A DNA stretch of 64,000 nucleotides from a virus: IMG/VR virus record IMGVR_UViG_3300021964_000016; one strand, written 5' to 3'. A program made the position numbers and the translations under genes. The notes beneath the pieces were generated by a model. It was not told where the DNA came from and searched no databases. It worked only from the letters and a program-made list of their open reading frames with translations. How positions within the stretch are numbered: position 1 is the first letter of the stretch; each line of letters starts with the position of its first letter. This document shows, piece by piece, positions 48,472 to 58,024 of the stretch.

Positions 48472-49043
48472 TTGTTATATTCCTTTGCTAGTTCTTGCGT
48501 CCAAACCTGTCCAAGATCAGAATAATAGACGCCTTGTGTTCTTTTGATCGAACCATCTGAATGACGTGCTGGAGTCACACAAATATACTCCATTTTGCTT
48601 TCGCGTTTTGCACCATATTTATGGTCGAGATAAACACCATCTCGAACCCAAATACCAAGGTTTTTAACATACGTTTCGGCGACCTGATATTCTTGTCGCT
48701 GAGAAGATTCTTTAGAATCTTTTTGATGGCGGATACTTTTAAGTTTGTCTCGCCAAAACTTTAGATTCTCTTTAGAGTTATTGTACGATAAAGGATGATC
48801 GGGGTCAAGTTCTAGCACACGAGAATGCGCGCTTGGTTCTTTACCTGCGTTTTTCTTTGCCCTTGCAATAGCGAGTCGCTCTGCTGCTGCTTCGCGTTGT
48901 TCTTCGGTCATCTTGCGACGAGTGCGCTTGATCTTGGTGGGTTTAACGGTAATGCCGATCTCTTCAAGCATCGCCTGCTTCTTTGCCTCTTTCTTCGCTG
49001 CACGTTTCTGCGCTGGCGTGAGTAAGTGGTCCATATCAGACAT
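48468..49043 (-). CDS. Conserved hypothetical basic protein (191 aa)
   Basis: KR.R..M.EEQR.AAAERL..AR, L..DHPLS pattern found before gp33 in marine T4-like phages. Confidence 0.65.
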   Translation of the reverse strand: MSDMDHLLTPAQKRAAKKEAKKQAMLEEIGITVKPTKIKRTRRKMTEEQREAAAERLAIARAKKNAGKEPSAHSRVLELDPDHPLSYNNSKENLKFWRDKLKSIRHQKDSKESSQRQEYQVAETYVKNLGIWVRDGVYLDHKYGAKRESKMEYICVTPARHSDGSIKRTQGVYYSDLGQVWTQELAKEYNK

Positions 49044-49314
49044 TACGAATCTTTCCCTTATATTCCTTTAAGGTGGAAATGTTAAAAGACCTCCAACCGA
49101 CTTGATCGACGTCCCAGCAGACCACTAGATCGGGAGAGTTTGTAGGAGGATTAGGACTAGTTTCTTTATGGAATCTAGAGTCGATTTGACTAGAGACAAG
49201 AGTAGCATTCATCTCTCTTATTTCTCCGTCTTTTTTAGTAAAAGAAAAATTGACGATACCCGACTTCATATCGCCGATAATTTTTTCCTTTGTCGGTAAC
49301 TGATTCTTTTTCAT
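49036..49314 (-). CDS. WYL_2/SH3-like (DUF2693-type) small protein
   Basis: F.FTKKDG.IREM.ATL...V.WD....GWRSF. Confidence 0.75.
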   Translation of the reverse strand: MKKNQLPTKEKIIGDMKSGIVNFSFTKKDGEIREMNATLVSSQIDSRFHKETSPNPPTNSPDLVVCWDVDQVGWRSFNISTLKEYKGKIRNV

Positions 49315-49469
49315 GACACTTCCTTTTCAACAATGTACCATTTTCGGTTGGGGTATTGCCCTTCCATTTCTTCGATCATTTCAAGTGCGGCACTATAGGT
49401 GGGAAACCTGAGTTCTTTTTCATAATCGCACCCTTCATAGGTTACGATAAAAACAATCGCGTCCCTCAT
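49311..49469 (-). CDS. Small hypothetical protein (52 aa, MRDAIVFIVTYEG...), not in ORF track
   Basis: ATGA overlaps at both ends. Confidence 0.65.
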   Translation of the reverse strand: MRDAIVFIVTYEGCDYEKELRFPTYSAALEMIEEMEGQYPNRKWYIVEKEVS

Positions 49470-49621
49470 CGAGTTTTCCTTCCTTCGACCATCTGCGAGT
49501 ATTCATACTCACGCTTCTCGATCATCTCTGCAATATCACGAAAAACGTCTTTGCTGAACAGTCCTTCCTGCTCATACATGTAGTACAGATCTTCTAGGAT
49601 GATTTCAAGTAATTCATGCAT
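49466..49621 (-). CDS. Small hypothetical protein (51 aa, MHELLEIILEDL...)
   Basis: Likely start at internal Met overlapping the upstream stop. Confidence 0.6.
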   Translation of the reverse strand: MHELLEIILEDLYYMYEQEGLFSKDVFRDIAEMIEKREYEYSQMVEGRKTR

Positions 49622-49826
49622 AGCGAGTTGCCTTCTTGTTGATAGTGTAACCACGGATGGTGAACATCCCTTTGTTTTCCCAAGAGAGATTATACGCTTT
49701 TTTTCGGGCAAGGTCAAACACACCCTTACCAGCAGGCATGGACCAAACTTCTTCATCGTCGAGATAGATGGTGACGATGTTCGTGGACATATCGTTGACC
49801 ACGTCGATTTTACGCTGACACTTCAT
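49614..49826 (-). CDS. Hypothetical early protein (70 aa)
   Basis: GAGG SD, coupled to upstream gene. Confidence 0.6.
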   Translation of the reverse strand: MKCQRKIDVVNDMSTNIVTIYLDDEEVWSMPAGKGVFDLARKKAYNLSWENKGMFTIRGYTINKKATRYA

Positions 49827-50308
49827 TACGCTGCCTCTCGCGCCTGATACTCGGCATATGTCAACAGACTACCATCGTCTGCCATCTCATACATCAACTT
49901 GTAGTCTCCCTTCTGTCCACCTTCGAGTTGAACCCACTGCTCTAACCGAGCAGAAATATCTGTTTGGAACAACTCTGCCTTGGTGTAGCGAGTGGCGAGC
50001 AGACGACCGCCAGCAAAAGAAAGGTTGATGGGGGAATCCCACTCAGGAAGGTGGTCGGACTCCACATAGTCGACATCGTCGACCAGCACATCGGAAATGA
50101 TGTACTCCTGCCAAGATTCGTTGCGCTCGGTGATATGACGACGCAGAGTGTCCCAGATCTCGGAACCCATCGCCTGTTCGATGGACACGCCATGGAGCAC
50201 GTAGGTGTTACCACCCTTGGGTTTCCAGTACTGCGGGCACTCGCCCGTACCGTCCCAGTCGTGGGCACCGTAGTTTTCTAGGATTTGGGTTTGCATAACA
50301 ATTTTCAT
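49826..50308 (-). CDS. Conserved hypothetical early protein (160 aa)
   Basis: MKIV.QTQ..ENYGAHDWDG.GECPQYWK.KGG motif; GAGGAG SD behind early promoter. Confidence 0.75.
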   Translation of the reverse strand: MKIVMQTQILENYGAHDWDGTGECPQYWKPKGGNTYVLHGVSIEQAMGSEIWDTLRRHITERNESWQEYIISDVLVDDVDYVESDHLPEWDSPINLSFAGGRLLATRYTKAELFQTDISARLEQWVQLEGGQKGDYKLMYEMADDGSLLTYAEYQAREAA

Positions 50309-50313
50309 ATCAA

Positions 50314-50395
50314 TCTCCTCAACCAGAAATACTATTATCGCTCAAAACAGGCACAAAGTAAAGTTTGAAAAACTTGAATAAAATCAACAACTTAC
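50314..50395 (-). promoter_or_regulatory. Early sigma70-type promoter 1 (TTTACT-N17-GATAAT) with upstream GTAAGTTGTTGATTTTA box and conserved leader
   Basis: Shares an identical 25-nt -10/leader/SD block and the upstream box with promoter 2. Confidence 0.75.
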
Positions 50396-50601
50396 GAAAA
50401 CACCTGTTCTACGTCTTTATGATCTACGATAACAGTGTCTCCCGCTGCCCTGTAGACGCAGAGATCCTTTATCTCGTGGTCGAGGCGGACGTGGTGAGAA
50501 ACCCCACCACCGTATTTCACCCGAGACAGGGTGACTTTTCCGGAAACAGGGATGTCTCCGAGATAGGTTGCTTTGACTGATTCGCCTTCAAGATTCCACA
50601 T
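50392..50601 (-). CDS. Hypothetical early protein (69 aa, MWNLEGESVKATYLG...)
   Basis: GAGGAG SD behind early promoter. Confidence 0.7.
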   Translation of the reverse strand: MWNLEGESVKATYLGDIPVSGKVTLSRVKYGGGVSHHVRLDHEIKDLCVYRAAGDTVIVDHKDVEQVFS

Positions 50602-50606
50602 AGTAT

Positions 50607-50688
50607 TCTCCTCAACCAGAAATACTATTATGCTATAATTCTTGCATAAAGGCAAGTAGTAAAAACTACTGTAAAATCAATAACTTAC
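50607..50688 (-). promoter_or_regulatory. Early sigma70-type promoter 2 (TTGCCT-N17-CATAAT) with upstream GTAAGTTATTGATTTTA box
   Basis: Near-duplicate architecture of promoter 1. Confidence 0.75.
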
Positions 50689-51311
50689 ATTTTAGTTACA
50701 AATTCTACGTTTGGAGGTGTTTGTATTTTTGAGTTCGGATGCTTGTGGTACAGGAAAAATTTAATGTGCTTGAACTCGTTAAAGATATTTGCCCAGATAG
50801 GACGCCAAATGTCGAGCAGGCGAAGGTTGTTTCTGCCAGTTCGATCACTGCTCAAGACGGTATCAGTATAAGACCTCATGTTGTGGTCAAAGATAGAGTC
50901 AAACCCAAACATATGAATCTCGTCAGGTTTGTGTCTAGTAGAAACGTAATGTGTCGCCATGTGCCCGCAATTAAAGTTTGTTGCGCCTTGATTGCCCTTT
51001 CCGGCATAACTAGGGACGTGCGTATAGAACTCTCTTATCTGCGCTGACTTCATCATATAAAAACTAGGACGAGAATCCATCCACGCTTTAGGACGATTAC
51101 CGCAAACCCAATAGTATGCGTCAAGGTTTATAGAACCTTCGGTCAATGCTGCCATCATTTTAAAGTCGACAATACAAGTCGCGTACACATTTTGTACTTC
51201 AAACGGAGGTTGGTTGCAAATTATAAGTTTGCCTTCTCTCTTGTATCTAACGGACTCTGGCATCATTTGTGCCATGTCGCCATTGCCTAAAATATAAACT
51301 TTCTTAGTCAT
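50685..51311 (-). CDS. Maf/GT29-like Rossmann glycosyltransferase-related protein (208 aa)
   Basis: VYILGNG, ICN, VD..M, N.GH.A, I.MFGFD pattern. Confidence 0.55.
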   Translation of the reverse strand: MTKKVYILGNGDMAQMMPESVRYKREGKLIICNQPPFEVQNVYATCIVDFKMMAALTEGSINLDAYYWVCGNRPKAWMDSRPSFYMMKSAQIREFYTHVPSYAGKGNQGATNFNCGHMATHYVSTRHKPDEIHMFGFDSIFDHNMRSYTDTVLSSDRTGRNNLRLLDIWRPIWANIFNEFKHIKFFLYHKHPNSKIQTPPNVEFVTKM

Positions 51312-51972
51312 GATTCAATTGTCTACGAATTTCTTCTTTACCTTTCTGTCCCGTCCAGTGTTTTATAATTTGCTTAGACGGAACCCTCTCTTGTAGAATA
51401 TCCAATCGCAAAACATTAAAGCGATGCGGTGCTTCTGAAATATGTATAACGCGGTTCATGGCGTCCTGATTCAACAACCAATACAATGCTTCTTGATCTC
51501 CTCTGTGGATGCCTTCTTTTTTCACCTCATTAAACCAGTGTTCTAGGATAATAGGTCTCCCTTCAAACGCAACCACGCCAGTGTTGTACCACGGACCACA
51601 ATTTCCCTGTGGTGTCCAAGGAGACCCATTGGCAGTCCAAGGATGATCTATCACAGCAGTAAGTTTATTATGCTCAACATAGTTAAAGATACCTGAAGGG
51701 TCTGCCATGATCTCGCAGTCAGTATCAACCCAACAGTATTTTCCTTGGAACCAATGCTTCATCTTCCACATCGTTTCTACTTTGGAAAACCAACCGTTTG
51801 ACTGAACGCCAACCACAAAATTACAATTTTCCTTTGCAAACTTCTTACCTTCTGGCGAAAGTCCAAAGTCTGCGATAACTAGTTCGTCGTCGCAATGTTT
51901 GTGAAAGTTTTTGGTGAACCATGGTAATTGCCATTCTGTGTTTTTATCACAACCAGTTACAAAGTAATTCAT
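51304..51972 (-). CDS. GT-A glycosyltransferase (GT8-like, 222 aa)
   Basis: W.DTDCEI, YNTGVV, GDQEAL, HWTG.KGK. Confidence 0.8.
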   Translation of the reverse strand: MNYFVTGCDKNTEWQLPWFTKNFHKHCDDELVIADFGLSPEGKKFAKENCNFVVGVQSNGWFSKVETMWKMKHWFQGKYCWVDTDCEIMADPSGIFNYVEHNKLTAVIDHPWTANGSPWTPQGNCGPWYNTGVVAFEGRPIILEHWFNEVKKEGIHRGDQEALYWLLNQDAMNRVIHISEAPHRFNVLRLDILQERVPSKQIIKHWTGQKGKEEIRRQLNHD

Positions 51973-52616
51973 ATCAATTCATATGCCTCGCTGTAGTTGT
52001 GTTTTGCTTGACAACCCAGTTCTTTTTGTATGGTAGAAAATGAGTCGCGTGCCTCTACCGGCCAAGGATAGTATTCTTCTATAAAGTCAAAGTTGTTGTT
52101 GTTTATGAATATGTCAGTCGGCGCAGCGGCAACCTTCGCCTTTTCAATTAATTTTTCTGCTGCTTTTGGCGTCACTGCATATGCGTGCGCACCTGGAAGA
52201 TATTGCTTTGATATGAGTTTATTTTTGCCTAGTGTGCTGGGTGCTATCCATCTACCATAAGAAGGACGCCCAAAAGACAATACCCCATCAAATTGAACAT
52301 TAGGAATCTGGTCTACAAAATATGCATCATGTTCTAGAACAAGAAGAGTTTCTTTATCTTCTACTGATTTTTTCCAAAGTCTATAATGAGAAGTGAAAGC
52401 GGCAATACAGTTGTCAAAGCGAGAATACTCTTCAACAAACCCTCTGGTTCCTATTCCTTCTTTTGAGAGGAATTCTCCAGGGTTATCCTCTGGTGTAGTT
52501 GCTTCGAACTTTTCTACCTCAAATCCAACCCTACCAGCAGAACGAATACAACGCTCTGCTGCCTGTAAGGATTGCTCTATAGAACTAATTGTGATCACAT
52601 AACCTTTCATTATCAA
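51969..52616 (-). CDS. Glycosyltransferase family 25 (215 aa)
   Basis: YVIT, SHYRLWKK, LVLEHDA, GAHAYAVTP.AA.KL, A.P.D. Confidence 0.85.
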   Translation of the reverse strand: MIMKGYVITISSIEQSLQAAERCIRSAGRVGFEVEKFEATTPEDNPGEFLSKEGIGTRGFVEEYSRFDNCIAAFTSHYRLWKKSVEDKETLLVLEHDAYFVDQIPNVQFDGVLSFGRPSYGRWIAPSTLGKNKLISKQYLPGAHAYAVTPKAAEKLIEKAKVAAAPTDIFINNNNFDFIEEYYPWPVEARDSFSTIQKELGCQAKHNYSEAYELI

Positions 52617-53335
52617 ATTCCTGTGGTTGTCGATACTCCTGATTGCACTACGGTGTAGTATGGATAGACAACCTTTAGATCAGTTGGAAATAGTTGACGA
52701 CACATAATAGCGTCGTTTGGCCACATTCCAACTCTCTCCACCTCTTCCAAAAGTTTCTTGGCAAAATAAGGTTTAATGATGTATGCGCTGTTTCCAGCGA
52801 TTCCCATCGGTAGAGGTGGGTCAGTCGGTTCATCGATGACGGGTACTCGTTGAATTCCCTCCCCGTACTTCTCGATTAAACTATGGAACAATCGTCCCTT
52901 GCGCGTATTACCTCGCGGGTCATTCAACCCGACTGCGCCCCATTTGTCGGAGAGATCCTCAACAGAGAATTCCCTCACGAACCTTGCATCGTGCTCAAGA
53001 ACAAGAATTGGTCCTTCTTGTTCAGCACATAACTTCCATAATCGATAGTGACTTAATGCGCAAGCAACTACTCGATCTTGTGCTTTTGCTGGATAGTATT
53101 TCTTATACAACCCAGTCGTTAAATCTAATCCGTCTTGGTTAGGAGAACTTGGCCATGTCCAAGGAACCTGTTTGCCAAATACTTCCCCTGTATGATTATA
53201 TATATTTTTCGGTTGTGTCGCTTCAAAGAACTCAACAGCGATATTCGCGCAATGTTCTTTCACAGATTCAGCGGCAACCTCTGCTCTACTCACAGAAGAA
53301 TCATTGTCGCTCATTGTGATGATATATGCTCTCAT
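52613..53335 (-). CDS. Glycosyltransferase family 25 (start MRAYII)
   Basis: ACALSHYRLWK.C, ILVLEHDA, GNSAYIIKP..AKKLL, P.D. Confidence 0.85.
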   Translation of the reverse strand: MRAYIITMSDNDSSVSRAEVAAESVKEHCANIAVEFFEATQPKNIYNHTGEVFGKQVPWTWPSSPNQDGLDLTTGLYKKYYPAKAQDRVVACALSHYRLWKLCAEQEGPILVLEHDARFVREFSVEDLSDKWGAVGLNDPRGNTRKGRLFHSLIEKYGEGIQRVPVIDEPTDPPLPMGIAGNSAYIIKPYFAKKLLEEVERVGMWPNDAIMCRQLFPTDLKVVYPYYTVVQSGVSTTTGI

Positions 53336-53895
53336 TTTTGCCCTATGAATACGTGATCTTTCCAACGAGCAGAGCGTTCAACTCCAGGAGATATCCACTG
53401 AGCATCCGGACTTTGTTCCCATTCTTTACCATCATCAATCCAATCAGCAATCACCTTTAAGTCGCACTCTTTTGCAATTGCTTTAAACGAGTCTCTATAA
53501 AATCGCCAACAGTCTGGGTTGTCGTGAGTGGGTCCACTAGAAGGTGCGATAATCACCATGTAATGCTCTGGTTTGAGAACTCGAGTCAATTCTGCTGCTG
53601 CCCTAAATGGATTGTAGATATGCTCAAATGTTTGCCCCGATACAATAAAGTCTATCGAATTGTCTTCAAAAGGTAACTCATACGGTCCAGGCATTTTGTG
53701 AGTAACATTACCACCCTCGTTTATATCTGCGATGTAATAGTTTTCGCAAACATCTTCGAATATTGGTCGATAAGTGCGGTCTTGTCCAGGTTTTATATTT
53801 CTACCGCCAAGGTCTAGTATCGTCAACCCACTACCGAGTCGAGAACCTAAAAGGTCTCTCGCCCTCTTCATATTTTCTCTAGAAGAAGGGTGCAC
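53332..53895 (-). CDS. Class I SAM-dependent methyltransferase (Methyltransf_11-like)
   Basis: ILDLGG, LPFEDNSIDFIVS.Q.FEH, RVLKP, H..PDCWRF. Confidence 0.85.
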   Translation of the reverse strand: MHPSSRENMKRARDLLGSRLGSGLTILDLGGRNIKPGQDRTYRPIFEDVCENYYIADINEGGNVTHKMPGPYELPFEDNSIDFIVSGQTFEHIYNPFRAAAELTRVLKPEHYMVIIAPSSGPTHDNPDCWRFYRDSFKAIAKECDLKVIADWIDDGKEWEQSPDAQWISPGVERSARWKDHVFIGQK

Positions 53896-54515
53896 TATAG
53901 AACCTCTATACTGAATTGTGTTGTTGCACCTTCCTGAATTATTTTCAAATTATACTTCTTCACAAATTCGTCAACAGCAGCAGTTACACCTGCCTTGCCG
54001 TGTTTTTGAAATGGCCACTGATAGTCGTCGCCTAGAATCAGTCCGCCTGATTTAACAACTCTAAAAGAGTTTTCTAAGTCGCGCAGGCAACCTTCATATG
54101 AATGATCTCCGTCAACGTAGATCCAATCTAGAGAGTTTTCTTCTCGTTGGTCGAACCACTCGTCTGAAGACATTCGGTGTATATGTACGTTAGATAGTTC
54201 TTTAAACCTCTTTACGACTCCTCTATAGACCGAATCGTATTTTTGCTGAAACTGCTCTTCAGTATTCCCGCCACAAACACTAGAATACCGTTGCAAATAG
54301 TTTTCATAAGATCCATGTTCCGTACTTTCTTTGTATGGTTCTATGCTCCAAGAATCTACAAGGTGAAGTTCTGCTGGGTTTTTATTTGCAAAGTTTATAG
54401 AAGTGTTTCCCATCCACACCCCGATCTCTGCACCAACGGTTCCCTCTTTCACAAGATAGAGAATATCTTTTGAATCTCTGTTTGTAGTAGATCCCATCAT
54501 AACTATTTTCTCCAA
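53895..54515 (-). CDS. Class I SAM-dependent methyltransferase (Methyltransf_24-like)
   Basis: GAEIGVW.G, VD.W, DWIYVDGDHSYEG...DL, VK.GG.I.GDDY. Confidence 0.85.
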   Translation of the reverse strand: MEKIVMMGSTTNRDSKDILYLVKEGTVGAEIGVWMGNTSINFANKNPAELHLVDSWSIEPYKESTEHGSYENYLQRYSSVCGGNTEEQFQQKYDSVYRGVVKRFKELSNVHIHRMSSDEWFDQREENSLDWIYVDGDHSYEGCLRDLENSFRVVKSGGLILGDDYQWPFQKHGKAGVTAAVDEFVKKYNLKIIQEGATTQFSIEVL

Positions 54516-55195
54516 TAGTTCTTTTGTGCGCCAGTATCAAAGTCATACCCAAAGAAATCGATATCTTCTTTGTACCAGTCTGCCACGATCTGAATTGTTT
54601 TGTCGGTGTAAATATCTCGGTAGGTGCCTTTATTCAAATCGGTGACGTTACGTGCTCGAGACATTTCTGGAATATCGAAGTATGCACAAAGATCTTCGTT
54701 GAGATTTTCAAATCTCATCATGTCACATTTAAGATTGCCACTAGCATCGCAAACGTGATCGACAGCAGGAAACCAACCACGTATGGCGCGGTGCCAATAA
54801 TAATCCTTTCCGCCCCACTCAAATCGTTCCTCGAGGAAAGACTCGAATGAGTCGATTCGGTGCTTACCAATTGGTTCTTTCTTTTCAACCTCAATGACTT
54901 TCTTTGCAAAGAAGTAACGAGATACAACTCTGTCCCAGGGATTGCGTGCCACGGCGAATGCTTGATATAAGTTTCTGACTGCTGGTTTGATATCTCTCCA
55001 TCTCGCGTGTTCATTACCATGATGATCTCCACTTTTCCTCATCGCTTTATGAAGTTCTTTTGTGTATTGCTCTGACTTATGATTATTTGGAGTTGCGACA
55101 ACCAGATAAGGAGCAAGTTGAGGACTCTTGCGTATTGTCATTCCCGCACACTTGGGGATATGAATGAATAATCTTTTCTGATTCTCGAATACCAT
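54503..55195 (-). CDS. Sulfotransferase (Sulfotransfer_2 family)
   Basis: FIHIPKCAG (5'-PSB) and RNPWDR.VS (3'-PB) PAPS-binding motifs; RFENL; Y..D...FGY. Confidence 0.88.
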   Translation of the reverse strand: MVFENQKRLFIHIPKCAGMTIRKSPQLAPYLVVATPNNHKSEQYTKELHKAMRKSGDHHGNEHARWRDIKPAVRNLYQAFAVARNPWDRVVSRYFFAKKVIEVEKKEPIGKHRIDSFESFLEERFEWGGKDYYWHRAIRGWFPAVDHVCDASGNLKCDMMRFENLNEDLCAYFDIPEMSRARNVTDLNKGTYRDIYTDKTIQIVADWYKEDIDFFGYDFDTGAQKNYWRK

Positions 55196-55983
55196 TACGC
55201 AATGTCCTTCATCAATGCTTCGACGTTTTCCCCACTATTTGGCAACTTGTCTTTCAAGAAGAAATGAACGAAATTTGCCTCAGGGATATATTCGTCCTTT
55301 ACACCTTTATATAGTGCGTTCCATTTCCAGTCCATATCTTTGATATTCAGACCTTCTTTTTTCACCCACCAATTTAAAAGTGTTTGGTCGGTAGACCATT
55401 TCCAGTTTCCCATACCATCAATAAATTTTTGAAACTCGGGTCGCCCTAAAAATTGTCTCGCGGTTTGTCCTTTGAAATAAGGAACGATAGACTTATTCAT
55501 AATCATCATTCCCATATTATAAAATTTGGCACCCCAGTCTTGCCAGTCCCAGTCAACATTACCGAGACTAGCATACTGCATATTGGAGTAGTTCTTTATC
55601 TTCATGGCGTATGCACCAGAGATTGGCATGTCTCGTTCGACGCATGCACCAAAGTCATGTTCTGTGCCAAAGTCTTCAAAAATATTCGGTGCTTCCGAAC
55701 GAACATAGATGTCGGCATCTATGATTGCAATTTGATCATAACCTTTCGCAAAATAATCAAATGCGTTTTCTTTTTCATATATTGGCAAAAATCCTCCGTG
55801 CTTTTCGTACGACTCTACGGAGCGATTAGTTACAAAGATATCTGGTTTGATTCTTAAGATTGGAGTTTTCTGTACGACATGATCAATGCCGTACTTTTCG
55901 CAATAAGCGGCAACAGATTCTATGCAATGCTTATAGAGTTGAGAAGGTTTCCCAACAGATACTTGATAAATTAAACGTTTCAT
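55195..55983 (-). CDS. GT-A glycosyltransferase (GT8/GT34-like, 262 aa)
   Basis: YC.KYG.D, IIDADIY, YN.G, TDQTLLN, KWN, FVHF. Confidence 0.8.
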   Translation of the reverse strand: MKRLIYQVSVGKPSQLYKHCIESVAAYCEKYGIDHVVQKTPILRIKPDIFVTNRSVESYEKHGGFLPIYEKENAFDYFAKGYDQIAIIDADIYVRSEAPNIFEDFGTEHDFGACVERDMPISGAYAMKIKNYSNMQYASLGNVDWDWQDWGAKFYNMGMMIMNKSIVPYFKGQTARQFLGRPEFQKFIDGMGNWKWSTDQTLLNWWVKKEGLNIKDMDWKWNALYKGVKDEYIPEANFVHFFLKDKLPNSGENVEALMKDIA

Positions 55984-55998
55984 AATGATACCAAAGGG

Positions 55999-57552
55999 TT
56001 ATGATGTAAAAACCTTTACCCCATATTTTCGTTCAAACTGAGCAGCGTGTTCAACAGTATTAACCATCGGCATGCGTCGAATATTCAAAGAAGTGTTTAA
56101 CAACATAGGCACACCAGTTCTTTCATAATAGCATTCAATTATTTTCCGAAAAACCGATTTCGAATCTTTTGGCACTAATTGTACGCGACCAGTACCATCG
56201 ACATGAGTAACAGAAGAATACTGGTGTTTTGCCTTAGCAGCATATTGCATCCATCGATTCATTGGTCCTTCGAAATAATCTGCTGCATGTTCTTCTAAAA
56301 TAGCAGGAGCGAAAGGTCGATATTTCTGCCTACGTTTTACCATGTTAACTGTATCTTTAACATCGAATCTAACATCTGCAATAAGTGATCGGTTTCCATA
56401 TGCACGATAACTAAACTCTGCTGGACCGTTTGCGACTCCGCAATATCGCTCTTTGAGGAGATGATCAACAACCATTTCTGGGTCTAAGTCTCCTTCGATA
56501 CAGTGACCAAGATAAGGGTGTTCCCAATTAATTCTATCCTTGCCAGTATCTCTCATATAAGAAAAAGCAGCTGCACCGAGACTAGCACCTCCATCTCCAG
56601 GATTCAAATCTACCCACATATCGTCAAATAGTTTGCTCACCTCATTATTTGTGACAATATTCTGTGCAACTCCGCCGGAATAGCAAAGTTTGCTTCCGTA
56701 CTTTCTTGCCTTTTTCATAAACTCTAAAATAACGAGGGTTGTACATGCTTGAAGAGATGCAGCTGCATCCTCTACAGATTTACATTCTTTCATAAGCATC
56801 TGTACGATTTTTCGCAAGTACATTAACTTTAAGTCATAGAAATGTTTCCAGTTCACGTAACTTCCTTCTTCCCTTTTTTGTATTGCTTCTTCAATCAACC
56901 ATTCGGGAATAGAACTAAACATCTCATAAGTTTTTTCAGTATGAGTAGGTTCGCCATAACTCGACAATCCCATGATCACATATTCATCTTCGTTTGCGGT
57001 CAAACCGAGTCCGCAACCTTCTGTAAAGGCAGCATAAAGATATCCGATAGATTTAGGGAATGTTATCTCTTCAATAATATTAAAATTATGATCAAGAATT
57101 GCACCAGAACGATGCTCCCCAATACCATCAATTGTTACAATAACGCAATCTTCTTTATCGAAAGATTTTGGTCTTGTGGCAAAAGCAGCATATGCGTGCG
57201 AAATATGGTGCCCAGTAGGTTTTGCGTTTATTTTTTGAGTATACATCGAAGGATGTATGTTCTGTATAGGGCAATCCAATTTGAAAATATCAGGAAACTT
57301 TTTCCGAGTTAATGCAACTTCACCTCCACGAAGTTCTTCTCTCGCCTCCCAATCGTCATTCATTGTAACGATTAGGTTTTCTCCTTTATTCGGGTGATAC
57401 AATAAGTCCCACAAACCAGAGGGGATTCTAGAATCGTGCTTCACTTGAGTGAATCTTTCTGTCTGACTCGCAAAGACAATATTGCCTTGGTCATCAATCA
57501 ACGTCATGCCAGCATCGTGGAGTTGTGCTCCACTAATACCCAAATATTTCAT
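55999..57552 (-). CDS. O-carbamoyltransferase, NodU/CmcH/TobZ family
   Basis: HDA, ERF...KHD, HH.SHA, DG.GE, EY.IMGLSSYG, SGGVAQN, PGDGG.SLGAA, RA.GNRS, RPFAP, HVDGT.R.Q, LLNTSLN. Confidence 0.93.
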   Translation of the reverse strand: MKYLGISGAQLHDAGMTLIDDQGNIVFASQTERFTQVKHDSRIPSGLWDLLYHPNKGENLIVTMNDDWEAREELRGGEVALTRKKFPDIFKLDCPIQNIHPSMYTQKINAKPTGHHISHAYAAFATRPKSFDKEDCVIVTIDGIGEHRSGAILDHNFNIIEEITFPKSIGYLYAAFTEGCGLGLTANEDEYVIMGLSSYGEPTHTEKTYEMFSSIPEWLIEEAIQKREEGSYVNWKHFYDLKLMYLRKIVQMLMKECKSVEDAAASLQACTTLVILEFMKKARKYGSKLCYSGGVAQNIVTNNEVSKLFDDMWVDLNPGDGGASLGAAAFSYMRDTGKDRINWEHPYLGHCIEGDLDPEMVVDHLLKERYCGVANGPAEFSYRAYGNRSLIADVRFDVKDTVNMVKRRQKYRPFAPAILEEHAADYFEGPMNRWMQYAAKAKHQYSSVTHVDGTGRVQLVPKDSKSVFRKIIECYYERTGVPMLLNTSLNIRRMPMVNTVEHAAQFERKYGVKVFTS

Positions 57553-57570
57553 AACGAACCTATGAATTAA

Positions 57571-58023
57571 TTAATAAGGTACTTCTTCCATTCTAGACAT
57601 AAGTCGCTCAGCACGATTAGTCACTTGGCGATACCAAAGAGAATCACGACCTTCGGTTGCAGCTTTTTTCCAATCATGGTCAAGAATAGCAGCATTGAAG
57701 TTTTTAAATTTTGAAAGTCGAGTACGTCCCATATTGAACATCATATTAACCAAAATCTGCTGGACCTCATCAGGTAAGTTTCCAAATTCCCCTTTGCCGT
57801 ATAGAGCGTCACACTCTGCGATGGAGAGGTCGAGGTCTGCTTCGAAACACTCTCGGACTCTTTCTTCGGATACTGGCGTGCCCACATCAAGACCGTTCTC
57901 GGCGTCGGTTTCCAATACCAAATGCCCAACTCCGAATGTTGGATATCCAAGGTGGTCTTTGTAAATTTCATAGACAACACCTTCGTCGATTTTTAGTTGT
58001 TCGAATACTGCTTCTCTGTTCAT
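57571..58023 (-). CDS. Endolysin, T4-type lysozyme (GH24)
   Basis: L.IDEG....IY.D.LGYPT.GVGHL catalytic E/D/T; NM.FNMG; S.WY.Q...RA.RL. Confidence 0.92.
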   Translation of the reverse strand: MNREAVFEQLKIDEGVVYEIYKDHLGYPTFGVGHLVLETDAENGLDVGTPVSEERVRECFEADLDLSIAECDALYGKGEFGNLPDEVQQILVNMMFNMGRTRLSKFKNFNAAILDHDWKKAATEGRDSLWYRQVTNRAERLMSRMEEVPY

Positions 58024-58024
58024 T

